Counted from the first letter of the stretch, positions 23,886-37,205 are shown. The stretch is DNA of 64,000 bases from Octopus sinensis (GCF_006345805.1 NC_043009.1:46996001-47060000); one strand, 5' to 3'. Translations and numbers: made by a program. The notes: generated by a model from the letters alone, not told the origin.

Positions 23886-24353
23886 GATGACTGTCCGTTA
23901 TCGAGTATGGCCATTGCACGAAGCTTAACTGTTATTGGTGCTGTGATCGAATGTGACTTTTATTTGCTTTTTAACGCTACAGCCAGCCATTCATTTGAGA
24001 CTCACAGCACCATCAACAATCATGAACAATGTTGTTATCGTGCAATGCCTGTGCAAGAAGATTTTTTAAAGTGAGGAAAGGCTGTGCACTGAGTCAATCC
24101 CACTCACTAAGCAACAGCAGCCATAATCCGAAAAGAAGAACACGTCAACATCATCGGTAACCACTGAGCCGCAGGTTTTATGTCGGAGTTATCCCAGTAA
24201 CCTGAGTTACCTTCTCCTAGAAGGATGCCCTAACAAAGGCTAGGAGTCCTTCACTCCCAATGGTTTAACCGTGCGATCGGGTATTCAGTCCGATTATTTC
24301 TATGTCCCCGCGCATGATACAGCCTTAAGCCTTAAGAGAAAAAAAAACACACA

Positions 24354-24598
24354 TTTTCCAGAAGTCTATCATTTAAATATATATGAGCAAGTCGAGATAT
24401 GTAAGTATATGCATGAGAAGAACTGCAGAAAGCAAAACATACAAATCTGCACATATATATATACATACAAAAATACCCTGTTATACTGTTGAAATTCCGA
24501 TGAAGGAATCTTGAATCCAAGTTAGAAAGTGACTCTTTCTCCATTTGGCAAAAAACGGCTCTTCTAGTGACAAGAAATCTTGAAATAAAACATAATAA
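24354..24598 (+). mobile_element. 3' end of the RLE-type LINE-like family also found at 27958-28330
   Basis: TTTCCAGAAGT...AAAATACCCTG...CAAGAAATCTTGAAATAAA is shared with the other copy. A (CATA)n tract follows. Confidence 0.65.
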
Positions 24599-24599
24599 T

Positions 24600-25230
24600 C
24601 ACATACATACATACATACACATACACAATACATACATACACAAAACATACATACATATACACATACATACATAAGCATCACATACATATACATAAAATAC
24701 ACACATACATACACACATACGTACATAGACATCACATACATACACATACATGCATACACTCATACATACACACATACATACATACATACATACATACATA
24801 CATACATACATACTTACAGACACATATACTTGCTTACACACATAGACACATACATACACACACACATACACACATACATACATGCATACATACATGCATA
24901 CATAGATACATACATACATACATACATACATACATACATACATACATACATACATACGTATGTAGTACGTACATAAATACATACATACATACATACATAC
25001 ATACATACATACAGACACATATACTTGCTTACACACATAGACACATACATACACACACACATACATACATGCATACATACATACATACACACATACATAC
25101 ATACATACATACATACATACATACATACATACATACATACATACATACATACATACATACGTATGTACGTACGTACGTACATACATACATACATACATAC
25201 ATACATACATACATACATACATACATACAT
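24600..25230. repeat. Compound (CATA)/(CA) microsatellite
   Basis: Direct reading. Confidence 0.95.
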
Positions 25231-25314
25231 TTTGGCACAGTTTTCATCTGCCAAATCCCTCTCACTTGGTGTTGGGCAAACTTAGATTATATTCTTTTAT
25301 TTTGTACTTTTACT

Positions 25315-25670
25315 AGTTTCAGTCATTAGAATGTGGCAATGCTGGGGCATCGCCTTGAAGAATTTGTTGTGAAACGAATGCATCTCACTGTCATTCTTGA
25401 AAAAGCCCAGTACTTATTCGCTCTGTGTCTTTTGCAGAACCGCTAGATTACGAGGACGTAAACAAACCAACAGTGATTGTTAAGCAATGGGACGGGAGAC
25501 AAAAACAAACCCTAGAGACACAGATACACGCACATGCACACACACACACACACACGACGGGCTTCTTTAGTTCTTCATCTATCGAATCCACTCACAAGGC
25601 TTTGATCGACCCGAGGCTATAGTAGAAGACACCTGCCCGAGGTGCCACGCAGTGGGACCGAACCCAGAAC
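25315..25670 (-). mobile_element. SINE family A, diverged
   Basis: CCACTCACAAGGCTTTG...GAGGCTATAGTAGAAGACAC...CCACGCAGTGGGAC. Confidence 0.75.
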
Positions 25671-25839
25671 CTTGCTCGCGCCTAAAGGAAAATAATTGTT
25701 CTAAGTATGGTGCATAGGAATCTATTTAACCCTACAACCATGCCTGAACTTAGATATTTCGACAACGAAACAAAAATGAGGAGATAGTTACGGCTAGAAT
25801 GCCTTTTAACAAAGGAGCTGGACTGTAACTATATAATAT

Positions 25840-25884
<45 letters not shown>

Positions 25885-25951
25885 AATCACATCTTTTTCG
25901 CCTTTCTATCTCCCACTGTCGGTTAGTTAGACAGTGAGTCTGCCAGTTCCG

Positions 25952-25995
<44 letters not shown>

Positions 25996-26028
25996 ACAGA
26001 GTAAATATTTGTTGAAATAATCATGTGA

Positions 26029-26067
<39 letters not shown>

Positions 26068-26104
26068 CGCGCGCGCATGTAGTTTTTATTATTCTTTTAT
26101 TACT

Positions 26105-26333
26105 CGTTTCAGTAATTTGACTTTCAGCCATACTGGAGCAGCCCCTTAAAGGGCTTTTAGTCGAAGAAATCGACCTCCCAAAACTTATTCTTCGTAAGCC
26201 TAGTACTTATTCTATCGGCCCCTTTTGCCGAACTGCAAATTTACAGGGACGAAAGCACACCAACATCAGTTGTCAAGCGATGACAGGGGACAAAAACGCA
26301 GACACACGTAAATATATACATTTGTAAAGATAT

Positions 26334-26371
<38 letters not shown>

Positions 26372-26584
26372 TGTATGTATGTATGTATGTATGTATGTAT
26401 GTATGTATGTATGATTGTATGTATGTATATATACGACGAGTTTCTTTAAGTTTACGTCTTGCAGATTCACTCGCAGGGCTTTGGTCGGCCAGCCTGTGGC
26501 TATTGAAAGGCACTTGCCCAAGTTTCCACGCTGAACACGGAACCGTGTTGTTGGTAAGCAACTTCTTACCATGCACCTACGCCT
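26105..26584 (-). mobile_element. SINE family A with internal (TATG)n
   Basis: Reverse complement of the family A head and tail around a microsatellite. Confidence 0.75.
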
Positions 26585-26588
26585 GTGC

Positions 26589-26629
<41 letters not shown>

Positions 26630-26654
26630 TATATATATATATATATATATACAA

Positions 26655-26698
<44 letters not shown>

Positions 26699-26701
26699 CA
26701 T

Positions 26702-26764
<63 letters not shown>

Positions 26765-26767
26765 ATC

Positions 26768-27170
26768 AGGAGTGGGTGTGTGGTAAGTAGCTTGTTCACC
26801 AACCACATGGTTCCGGGTTCAATCCCACTGCGGCCGCATCTTGGGCAAGTGTCTTCTACTATAGCCTCGGGCCGACCAAAGCCTTGTGAGTGGGATTTGG
26901 TAGATGGAACTGAAAGAAGCCCGTTGTATATATGTATATATATATATATGCGTGTTGTGTGTTTGTGTGTCTGTGTTTGTCCCCTAGCACTGCTTGACAA
27001 CCGATGCTGGGTGTGTTTATGTCCCCGTTACTTAGCGGTTCGGCAAAAGAGACTGATAGAATAAGTACTGGGCTTACAAAAGAATAAGTCCCGGGGTCGA
27101 GTTGCTCGATTAAGGCGGTGCTCCAGCATGGCCGCAGTCAAATGACTGAAACAAATAAAGAGAGTAAAGA
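26768..27170 (+). mobile_element. SINE family A, near full length
   Basis: AGGAGTGGGTGTGTGGTAAGTAGCTTG...GGTTCAATCCC...ACTGAAACAAATAAGAG. Confidence 0.9.
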
Positions 27171-27219
27171 GTATATATATAATATATTGTATGTTTATAT
27201 ATATATATATATATATATG

Positions 27220-27302
<83 letters not shown>

Positions 27303-27782
27303 ACTGGCATATACAACTGGCACTCTGTCTGTTACGACGACGAGGGTTCCAGTTGATCCGATCAACGGAACAGCCTGATCATAAGATTAACGTGCACGTG
27401 GCTGAGCACTCCACAGACACCCTGTTATTTAGTATAAATATCAATACTTCCTACCTTCACTCTCTATTATAAATATAAACCGTTATTTCAGGATAAAGAA
27501 ACACCATATAGAACATGCATAACACAGTGACCTCCCTTGCGACACGAATACCTATGAGCGCACAATTCCTATTATTTTTCTGACTACAATTTCACATTCC
27601 ACGTTTGGTGTTACTCTTGTTTTAATATTTTAATTAAAGCAATATATGTGACATTTTAAAGAATAATGTGTTTAAATGACTTATAACGTGCGATAACTGT
27701 GGCACTTAACATTTAAATGTGAATGATTTAATTACTGCGTCTTTAAATTTTCCTAAATGTAATACATGCAATATACATATAC

Positions 27783-27823
<41 letters not shown>

Positions 27824-27957
27824 CACGCATACAATACAATATAATACAATGCATACATACACCCATCCATCCATCCATCCATCCATGCTTGTATACATAC
27901 ATACATACATACATACATACATACATACATACATACATACATACATACATACATACA

Positions 27958-28330
27958 TGGGACCCTGGAACATGTAACACACTGCCTAAATACCAGTCTT
28001 AAGAAATTCGGCTTCTCAAAACCAGAAAGGAGAAAGCTAATTCGAAGACTACGGATCCAGTCCATCACTGGAACTGTAAAAATCTGTAAAACTTTCCAGA
28101 AGTTTATCATTTAAATATACATCAGCATGTCTAGATATGCAACTATATGCTTGAGTATACATGCATAAAACAAGACATAGAAATCTGCACACATACATAC
28201 ATACAAAACAAAACAAACAAAAATACCCTGCTGTTGATGTTGAAATTCCAATGAAGGAGCCTTGAATCTAGGCTAGAAACCGGCTCTTTCTCTATTGGCA
28301 AGAAATCTTGAAATAAAGCTATACAATGAC
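27958..28330 (+). mobile_element. 3' end of an RLE-type (R4/Dong-like) LINE inserted in (CATA)n
   Basis: Encodes ...LKKFGFSKPERRKLIRRLRIQSITGTVKICKTFQKFII*, resembling the LQ....GT..I.R terminus of RLE LINEs. The 3' UTR is shared with 24354-24598. Confidence 0.6.
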
Positions 28331-28559
28331 ATACATACATCTGTTGACATCACAACAATTTGTTAAACTTTCGAGAAAACATGAATTCATTTTTTTTTGG
28401 TATTTTTCAAAGAGCTCACATAAACCTATAAAAAACAATGTTTGAATATTGAGTTGAAAACATTTTGAGAAAGAAAATGTCGTCTTTTTCTATCTCAAAC
28501 GACTTTTTATCCCAATGTTTACACGCTTTTATTTATAGCTTCAGGTATACATCCCTTTA

Positions 28560-28709
28560 CCCTAGCAGTTCGGCAAAGTGAACGATAGAATAAGTACAGG
28601 ACATAGAAAATAATTATAATAAGTACTGGGATCGATTCTTCGTGGCAGTATCCCAGCATGAACGCAATCTAATGACTGAAACAAGTAAATGATAAAATAT
28701 TTTTGTACA

Positions 28710-28786
<77 letters not shown>

Positions 28787-28975
28787 CACACACACACACA
28801 CACATACACACACACACACACACACGCACGACGGCCTCTTTCAGTGTCCGTCTACCAAATCCACTCACAGGGCTTTGGTCGGTTCGAGGCTACAGTAGAA
28901 GACACTTGCTCAAGGTTCCACGCAATGGGACCGAACCCGTAACCATGCGGTTGGGAAGCAAGCTTCTTACCACAC
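28560..28975. mobile_element. Two SINE family A halves in opposite orientation joined by (CA)n
   Basis: 3' half on + (28560-28690), (CA)n at 28710-28825, 5' half on - (28828-28975). Confidence 0.7.
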
Positions 28976-29037
28976 ACAGTGTGTGTGTGTGTGTGTCTGT
29001 ATGTATGTACGTATGTATGTATGTATGTATGTATGTA

Positions 29038-29100
<63 letters not shown>

Positions 29101-29344
29101 GTATGTATGTATGTATATATGTATTCGATATTCCTCCTTGTGTTTGTGAACTCTTGAGTCCCTGCCGTAAGGCTTCAATTTCACAGACGCAAGCTTAATT
29201 TAATTCGTCCTTAGTCGAAGACACCTGTTTTTTATGTCCTGTTATTATTGTTATTGTTTCCCGTCCTTATTTTTGTATACATTCGCTGCTGTCTTCCAAG
29301 GAATCTAATGCTCTTAGCTTAGTTTTTCGTTGGGGCTGGTCAGA

Positions 29345-29722
29345 TTGGACGGGAAAGATACGCAGTGATATATATCTGGAAAATCCTGGAAGACCTTGTT
29401 TCCAAATTTTGGCATTGAAAGTTACACAAACAGCAGAACAAGGTACCACTGTATAGTGCCAAAGATCCCAGCATCACCATCAAAATACAGGACCAGATGC
29501 TGCAACAGCTTGCATTTCAAGAGCCCGCTTCTCTTCACTATCCTTCCAAAATGCCTGAGAGATTTGCATGGTGTAGATGTAGGTGCCTTCAAAACAAAAC
29601 TGGAACTCTTCCCGTTAAGGGTTCTAGATGAACCTACCTCACGTCAGGAAACACAGATGAGAGCGGCAGCATCAAACTCCCTCATTCACCAAATGTCATA
29701 TTTCAGAGGAAGCTTCAAATAA
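29345..29722 (+). mobile_element. CR1-group LINE ORF2 C-terminal remnant
   Basis: IYIWKILEDL.PNFGI...LFTILPKCLRDL...FKTKLELF...DEP...RAAASNSL is typical of invertebrate CR1-like ends. Confidence 0.7.
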
Positions 29723-29852
29723 TGATGTAGTCCAGCCAACGGAGGTGCCTCAGCTTGGCAGCCGCTTTAAAGTTGAGAAAAGTTAAAGAGTTTATGCATA
29801 TAAATATGCATATGCGTATATGTACATACATAATAATACATACATACATGGA

Positions 29853-30233
29853 AGCACTCCGTCGGTTACGACGATGAGGGTTCCGGTTGATCCGAATCAA
29901 CGGAACAGCCTGCTCGTGAAATTAACGTGTAAGTGGCTGAGCACTCCACAGACACGTGTACCCTTAACGTAGTTCTCGGGGATATTCAGCGTGACACAGA
30001 GAGTGACAAGGCCGGCCCCTTGAAATACAGGTACAACAGAAACAGGAAGTAAGAGTGAGAGAAAGTTGTGGTGAAAGAGTACAGCAGGGATCACCACCAT
30101 CCCCTGCCGGAGCCTCGTGGAGGTCTTAGGTGTTTTCGCTCAATAAACACTCACAACACCCGATCTGGGAATCGAAACCGCAATCCTATGACCGCGAGTC
30201 CGCTGCCCTAACCACTGGACCATTGCGCCTCCA
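29853..30233 (-). mobile_element. SINE family C (tRNA-derived), full length
   Basis: Reverse complement of 53003-53383. A-box TGGTCCAGTGG and B-box GGTTTCGATTCC. Confidence 0.9.
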
Positions 30234-30544
30234 CATACATATGTATTATTCGACAGGAAAAAAGTTCAGATAAATTACCATTAAAGAACGCCCTGGCTTT
30301 CGTGTTCTCATGCAAAACCGGAATCAAGTCTAAATTTGTTAGGACAACGAAACTTCTTTAACACTTTACATAGACCTGATCTGTTGAGTGTGTGAAATAA
30401 CCTAGGTGAGACGAAGGAAGTAGTGGCACAAGTCAAATTACTGGCTCAATAGACTTTAGCTGAATTTGTCGAACACAAAATATCACGACGCTTGTTCAGA
30501 TTGATTTCCACAGTGGCAAATGACATTCTCCCAGAAGTTCAACT

Positions 30545-30739
30545 ACACATACACACACACACACACATACACATGCACGCGCGTATGCGAATATATATAT
30601 TACACATACATATATATATATATATACATATGCATATATATATATATAATATATATATATATATTATGCATGTATATATATATATGATATATATGCCTAT
30701 TACATACACATAATTTTTATATATATATGTGTGTGTGTT

Positions 30740-30789
<50 letters not shown>

Positions 30790-30932
30790 ATATATACATA
30801 TATTACGCATGTATATATATACATCATATGTAACAATGTATATATACATGTATATATATATAAATATACATACACATATACACATGTATATTTATATACA
30901 TCATATGTCCACATGTATATGTATCTGGTATG

Positions 30933-30966
<34 letters not shown>

Positions 30967-31215
30967 AATATATACATATATACGCATGTATATATAATAT
31001 AACATCATATGTACACATGTATTATATATATATAAATATACATACATATATACACATGTATATTTATATACTTATATGTACACATGTATATGTATGCATA
31101 TGTATATATATATAATATATATATATATACATATTACCCATGTTATATATATATACATCATTGTCACAGTATATGTATATGTATATGTATATGTATAAAA
31201 GAATATATATATATC

Positions 31216-31250
<35 letters not shown>

Positions 31251-31283
31251 ATATATATATAATATATATTATTATATACTATA
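30545..31283. repeat. Degenerate (TA)-rich microsatellite
   Basis: Direct reading. Confidence 0.9.
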
Positions 31284-31691
31284 TTTCAAACATTGAGGGC
31301 AATTAATTAATTATTAATCAATTTCACCAAGTGTTCATATCAAAGGGACCATTCAAGGCGAATTCAAATTATTACATTATATAAAAGGGCTTAGTAAAAT
31401 AAAATTACTTGCCGCATACTGAACTCATTAGAAAATAGCAGCTAAGAAACTTTTGATTGATTAAATTAATTAATTTTGCCCTCAATTGTTGAAATTATAA
31501 TTAATCTCCTCTGATTAATGCTCGGATTTTTACCGAAATAAGCATAGTGGTTGATGATTTTAACCCACGCTGTGAAAGGGGAGAACAGTGATTCTCGCTT
31601 GCTTATTTGAATTTTTGGCACTGTTAGTTACGAGCAGATCTTCGAAAGGGTATGTTCTTATTTTCATGTTTCCAAATCCAAACCAAGGAAT

Positions 31692-31747
31692 TTCTGAGCT
31701 GATGATAGAAGTGTTGTTTTGACTAATCTTGAACGTACGTTCTCGAA
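31692..31747 (+). ncRNA. Hammerhead-like motif, unit 1 (one A missing from GAAA)
   Basis: GAG-CUGAUGA-UAGAAG...CUU-GAA-CGUACG-UU-CUC. Confidence 0.5.
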
Positions 31748-32217
31748 TAACCTTGCATTTGATTTTTCGATGGCTTACCCCCAAACTTTGTGAGTGAATT
31801 AAGCAAACACTATATATGAGAGAGATTTTCTTTAAGTATGAAAATAGCTTAAAAAAGTTTTTTAGTGCTATTTCTAATGAGTTCAGTATGCGGCAAAGTA
31901 ATTTATTTTACTAAGCCCTTTTATATATGGAATAATTTGAATTCCCCTTGATGTCCCTTGCATACTGAACACTTGTGCAATTGATTATAATTAATTAATT
32001 TTGCCCTCAATTGTTTGAAATTATATTAATCTCCCTCTGATTAATGCTTCGTTTTTACCGAAATAAGCATAGTGTTTGATGATTTAACCCAGCTGGTGGA
32101 AAGGGAGAACAGAGATTCTTTCGCTTGCTTATTTGAATTTGTTGGCACTGTTAGTTACGGCAGATCTTCGAAAGGGTATGTTCTTATTTTCAGTGTTTCC
32201 AATCCAAACCAAGGAAT

Positions 32218-32274
32218 TTCTGAGCTGATGATATAAGTGTTGTTTTGACTAATCTTGAAACGTACGTTCTCGAA
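32218..32274 (+). ncRNA. Type-I hammerhead-like motif, unit 2
   Basis: UUC(U)GAG-CUGAUGA-UAU-AAG...CUU-GAAA-CGUACG-UU-CUCGAA. Stem I is GAG/CUC extended by UUC/GAA, stem III is the palindrome ACGUACGU, and stem II is weak. Confidence 0.65.
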
Positions 32275-32676
32275 TAACCTTAGCATTTGATTTTCGATGT
32301 CTTACCCCCTAAACTTTTGTGAGTTGAATTAAGCAAACACTATATATGAGAGAGATTTTCTTTAAGTATTAGAAATAGCTTTAAAAAAAGTTTTTTACTG
32401 CTATTTCTAATGAGTTCATATGGGCAAAGTAATTTATTTTACTAAGCCCTTTATATATATATTATATATATATATAGATATATATATATATATTATATAT
32501 AATATGTATCTTATATGTATATATATAATATATGTATATATATATATGTATATATATATATATAATATATATATATATATGTAATGTATATATATATATA
32601 TTATATATATATAATATATATAATATATAATATATATATATATTTAATATATATATATATATATGTATTATATATA

Positions 32677-33177
32677 CGCACCATCCATATACGCACATAC
32701 ACGCACGTACGACAATACAGAATCCTTATGTTATTTAGAATGGACCCATATCCGCCAATTAATGTTTTTCTAAGTGAGATAGCATAACATTTAAATGGAG
32801 AATACGGATTTCATTCTTAAATATCATATTACTCTCTGGTTTGTACAAACACGCACTCATACAAAACAACGCATGTACATACGCCACCAGCATTCCATAT
32901 GCACATATGCCGCGCACGAACACGAACACACACAAACATACATGCGTATACATGCTCGCACATCTCGCGCGGAAATTTATAGAGCGAAAGAGAAATAGAA
33001 CTCAATACATGAGTGCATACATTAAAAAAAAAATTTTAATGGCATTACGTTACAAAAGCGACTGAAGTGCCGGAATTTCATGTATGTATATGTATGTATG
33101 TATGTATGTATGTGTGTAATGTATGTATGTATGTATATGTGTACATATGATTATAATATATATATATGTGTATATAT

Positions 33178-33223
<46 letters not shown>

Positions 33224-33704
33224 TATATATTATATATATATAATATTATATATATGTATATTTATGTATATATCGCACCATACATATATACGCAACCATA
33301 CACGCACGTACTGACAAACAGAATCCTTATGTTATTTAGGAATGGAACCCATATCCGCCAATTTAAATGTTGTTCTAATTGAGATAGCATAACATTTAAA
33401 CTGGAGAATACGGATTTCATTCTTAAATATCATATTCACTCTATGGTTTGTACAAACACGCACTCATACAAACACACGCATGTACATACGCACACATGCA
33501 TGTACATATGCACATATGCGCGCGCACGAACACGAACACACACAAACATACATGCGTATACATGCTCGCACATACTCGCGCGGAAATTTGATAGAGCGAA
33601 CAGGAGAAATAGAACTCAATACATGAGTGCATACATTAAAAAAAAAAAATTTTAATCGGCAGTAAGTTACAAAAGCGACTGAAGTGCCGGAAGTTTCATG
33701 TATG

Positions 33705-33720
<16 letters not shown>
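32677..33720 (+). repeat. ~600-bp-period tandem duplication
   Basis: ACAGAATCCTTATGTTATTTAG...CAAAAGCGACTGAAGTGCCGGAA occurs at ~32717-33075 and ~33318-33692. The copies differ mostly by 1-bp indels. Confidence 0.85.
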
Positions 33721-33761
<41 letters not shown>

Positions 33762-35479
33762 TGTATGTATGTATGTGTGTATGTATGTATGTGTGTATGT
33801 GTGTATGTCTGTTATTTATGTATGTATGTATGTATGTCTGTGTGTGTATGTATGTATGTGTTATGTATGTATGTGGTGTATGTATGTGTATGTTATGTGT
33901 GTATGTATGTGTATGTATGTATGTATGTGGTGGTGTGTTGTGTGTAATGTTGTATGTATTGTATGTATGTGTGTATGTATGTATGTTATGTATGTGTGTG
34001 TGCATTTATGTATGTATGTAAATGTATGTATGTATGTAATGTATGTGTGTGTATGTATGTGTGTTATGTATGTATGTATGTGTGTTGTATGTATGTGTGT
34101 TGTGCATGTATGTAGTTATGTATGTATGTATGTATGTATGTTATGTATGGTGTGTATGTATGTGTGTATGTATGTATGTATGTGTGTATGTGTGTATGTA
34201 TGTATGTATGTATGTGTGTGGGGTATGTATGTATGTATGTGTGTGTGTGCATGTATGTTATGTATGTATGTATGTATGTGTGTGTATGTGTGTGGTTGTG
34301 TTGTATGTATGTGTGTGGTATGTATGTGTGTATGTATGTATGTGTGTATGTATGTATGTATGTATGATGTATGTGTGTGTATGTATGTGTGTATGTATGT
34401 ATGTATGTATGTATGTATGTATGTTATGTATGTATGTATGTGTGTGTATGTATGTGTGTATGTATGTATGTGGTGTATGTATGTGTGTATGTATGTAGTG
34501 TGTGTATGTATGTATGTGTGTGTATGTGTGTATGTATGTATGTATGTGTGTATGTGTGTATGTATGTATGTATGGTGTGGGGTATGTATGTATTATGTAT
34601 GTGTGTATGTATGTATGTATGTGGTGTTATGTATGTATGTGTGTAGTATGGTATGTATGTATGTATGTGTGTGTAGGTATGTATGTTGTGTATGGTGTGT
34701 ATGTATGTATGTATGTGGTATGTGGTATGTATGTAATGTATGTGTGTATGTGTGTATGTATGTATGTAGTATGTGTGTGTGTTGTATGTATGTATGTATG
34801 TGTGTATGTATGTATGTATGTGTGTGTGTGTAGTATGTATGGTGTAGGTATGTATGTGTGTATGTTGTATGTGTGTATGTATGTATGTATGTGTGTATGT
34901 GTGTATGTATGTATGTATGTGTGGGTTGCATGTATGTATGTGTGTATGTGTGTATGTATGTATGTATGTATGTATGTGTGTATGTATGTATGTGTGTATG
35001 TATGTATGTGTGTATGTATGTAGTAATGTAAGTATGTATGTATGTATGTAGTATGTATGTATGTATGTATGTATGATGTGTGTGTATGTATGTATGTATG
35101 TATTATGTATGTATGTGTGTGTGTGTGTGTATGTATGTACTGTATTGTATGTATGTGTGTATGTGTGTATGTATGTATGTATGTATGTGTGTGTGTGCAT
35201 GTATGTATGTATGTATGTATGTATGTATGTGTGTGTGTGTGTCTGTGTGTATGTATGTATGTATGTGTGTATGTATGTATGTATGTAAGTATGTATGTAT
35301 GTGGGTATGTATAAATGCATGTGTGTATATGTATGTATGTAAGTAGCATCTATGTAGGTAGGTATGTATATGTGTGTGTATGTATGTATGTATGTATGTA
35401 TAAATGCATGTGTGTATATGTATGCATGTATGTATGTGTGTATGTATGTATAAATGTATATATATATATGTATGTATAT

Positions 35480-35524
<45 letters not shown>

Positions 35525-35628
35525 GTATTTATGTATGTATGCAAGTATGTATGTATGTATAAATGCATGTATTTATGTATGTATGTTTGTATGTATGCAA
35601 GTGTGTATGTATGTTTGTATGCATGCAT
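33698..35628. repeat. ~1.9-kb degenerate (TATG)/(TG) microsatellite
   Basis: Direct reading. It is the source of the MYVC/HTYI pseudo-ORFs. Confidence 0.95.
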
Positions 35629-36276
35629 GATTGTCTGTATCTACCTCAGGTAGATAATGGAAGCTTGCTTCTGGTTGCCTAATAGTATGCTTCTGGTTGC
35701 TTAACAGCATGCCTCTGGTTGAGGAAGCCTGTCTTAGTGAATGCCTACTTATGTGCTAATATATATAGCTTTAACTGATATCCTGTACTCTCATCTTGAA
35801 CGTGATTTATAAAACTCTGAATTGAAACTCTGGTATATTTAACCAAACAATATTTGTGAACAATTTCTGAGCTATGGTAGAGACGTTTTATCGCTTCGGT
35901 TGTTGCTAATATCTGCAAGACAAAACCTTGAATCTGCTGAGAAGGAAGATGAGAATACCGAACCACTGTTCTTTTAGAAACAGTAATTTCAGTACTGATT
36001 GATATCTTTACAAGCGGAATGTTTTCTGAAATTTGACCACAGTTTAACTCGGTTGTCTGTTGTTTTGGTGTTTGTTTCAGCGCAATCAGTCTTTGCACTA
36101 CATGCAACTTCTAAATCTGTTGAATAAGAAGAATTTGTTGCGTCATTAACTTTACCAAACATAATTAAATTCTACAGAAGCTGGCACTTTGAGGATGTTT
36201 GGGCCCCAAGAGTTTTCCGTTTATTCCATAACTGCTACAAACTTCTCTTACCCTTTTTCCTTTCTCAAGAATTGTC

Positions 36277-36359
<83 letters not shown>

Positions 36360-36360
36360 A

Positions 36361-36587
36361 TCTTTATTGCCCACAGGGGCTAAACATAGACGGGACAAAG
36401 AAGGACAGACAAAGGGATTAAGCCGATTACATCGACCCCAGTGCGTAACTGGTACTTATTTAATCGACCCCGAAAGGATGAAAGGCAAAGACAACCTCGG
36501 CGCAATTTGAACTTAGAACGTAACGGCAGACGAAATACGGCTACGCATTTCGCCCGGCGTGCTAACGATTCTGCCAGCTCGCTGCCT
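36361..36587 (-). mobile_element. SINE family B
   Basis: CCCCGAAAGGATGAAAGGCAAAG...TCTGCCAGCTCGCTGCC. Confidence 0.88.
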
Positions 36588-36613
36588 TTTATTTAAATAT
36601 ATATATATTCCTT

Positions 36614-36658
<45 letters not shown>

Positions 36659-36747
36659 TCATTAGATTCACGTCAACATTTAAATCTAATTTGCCAAAAT
36701 ATTTTCTTCGCTTTCAGACCGCGACCTGATCATTGACAAATTCCATG

Positions 36748-36787
<40 letters not shown>

Positions 36788-36802
36788 TGTGTGTGTGTGT
36801 GT

Positions 36803-36852
<50 letters not shown>

Positions 36853-36958
36853 TATGTATGTATGTATGTATATATATGTGCATACACATATATCGTTTTT
36901 TTTAGAAAAACATAAAAACGGAGAAGAAGCACACTCTAAGTAGTAGAGCAGTTTATTT

Positions 36959-37205
36959 TTATTACTGGTGAAGGCCGACGGGTGGCGTAGCTGATAGAGG
37001 ACGACATAACCGGAAGCCGATGACCAGTCGATGACCACCAAAAGTGGGAGATAACCCCCCTTGCTTATATCTAGTTCGTTTCCCCCTCCATACTTTAAAG
37101 AGGCCATCGGCCAGCAAGTCTTACGGTCTGATGATATGCCACGAGATACTCTTTATGGCGCGAAACCCAGGGTAACCATATAAAGAGGCCTTCACCAGTA
37201 GTAAA
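36959..37205 (+). mobile_element. ~240-bp non-coding element with terminal inverted repeats and a hammerhead
   Basis: TTATTACTGGTGAAGGCC / GGCCTTCACCAGTAGTAA (one mismatch). Internal direct repeat TAAAGAGGCC at 37096 and 37181. Confidence 0.7.
37122..37180 (+). ncRNA. Type-I hammerhead ribozyme motif
   Basis: UACGGU-CUGAUGA-U-AUGCCA...UGGCGC-GAAA-CCC-A-GGG-UA-ACCAUA. The core is intact with a GUA cleavage triplet (after 37174), and all three stems are present. Confidence 0.78.

Larger units (their letters stand above)
31284..32455 (+). mobile_element. Non-coding Penelope-type/retrozyme-like element: 170-bp inverted segment plus ~1.9 tandem copies of a 526-bp unit
   Basis: 31284-31454 is the reverse complement of ~31854-32020. 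~31457-31925 repeats at ~31981-32455. Each unit carries a hammerhead core, and (TA)n lies on both sides. Confidence 0.75.

Noticed and set aside
33667-35628. Long MYVC/HTYI ORFs (up to 373 aa), and similar ones elsewhere
   Set aside because: These are stop-free microsatellite translations.
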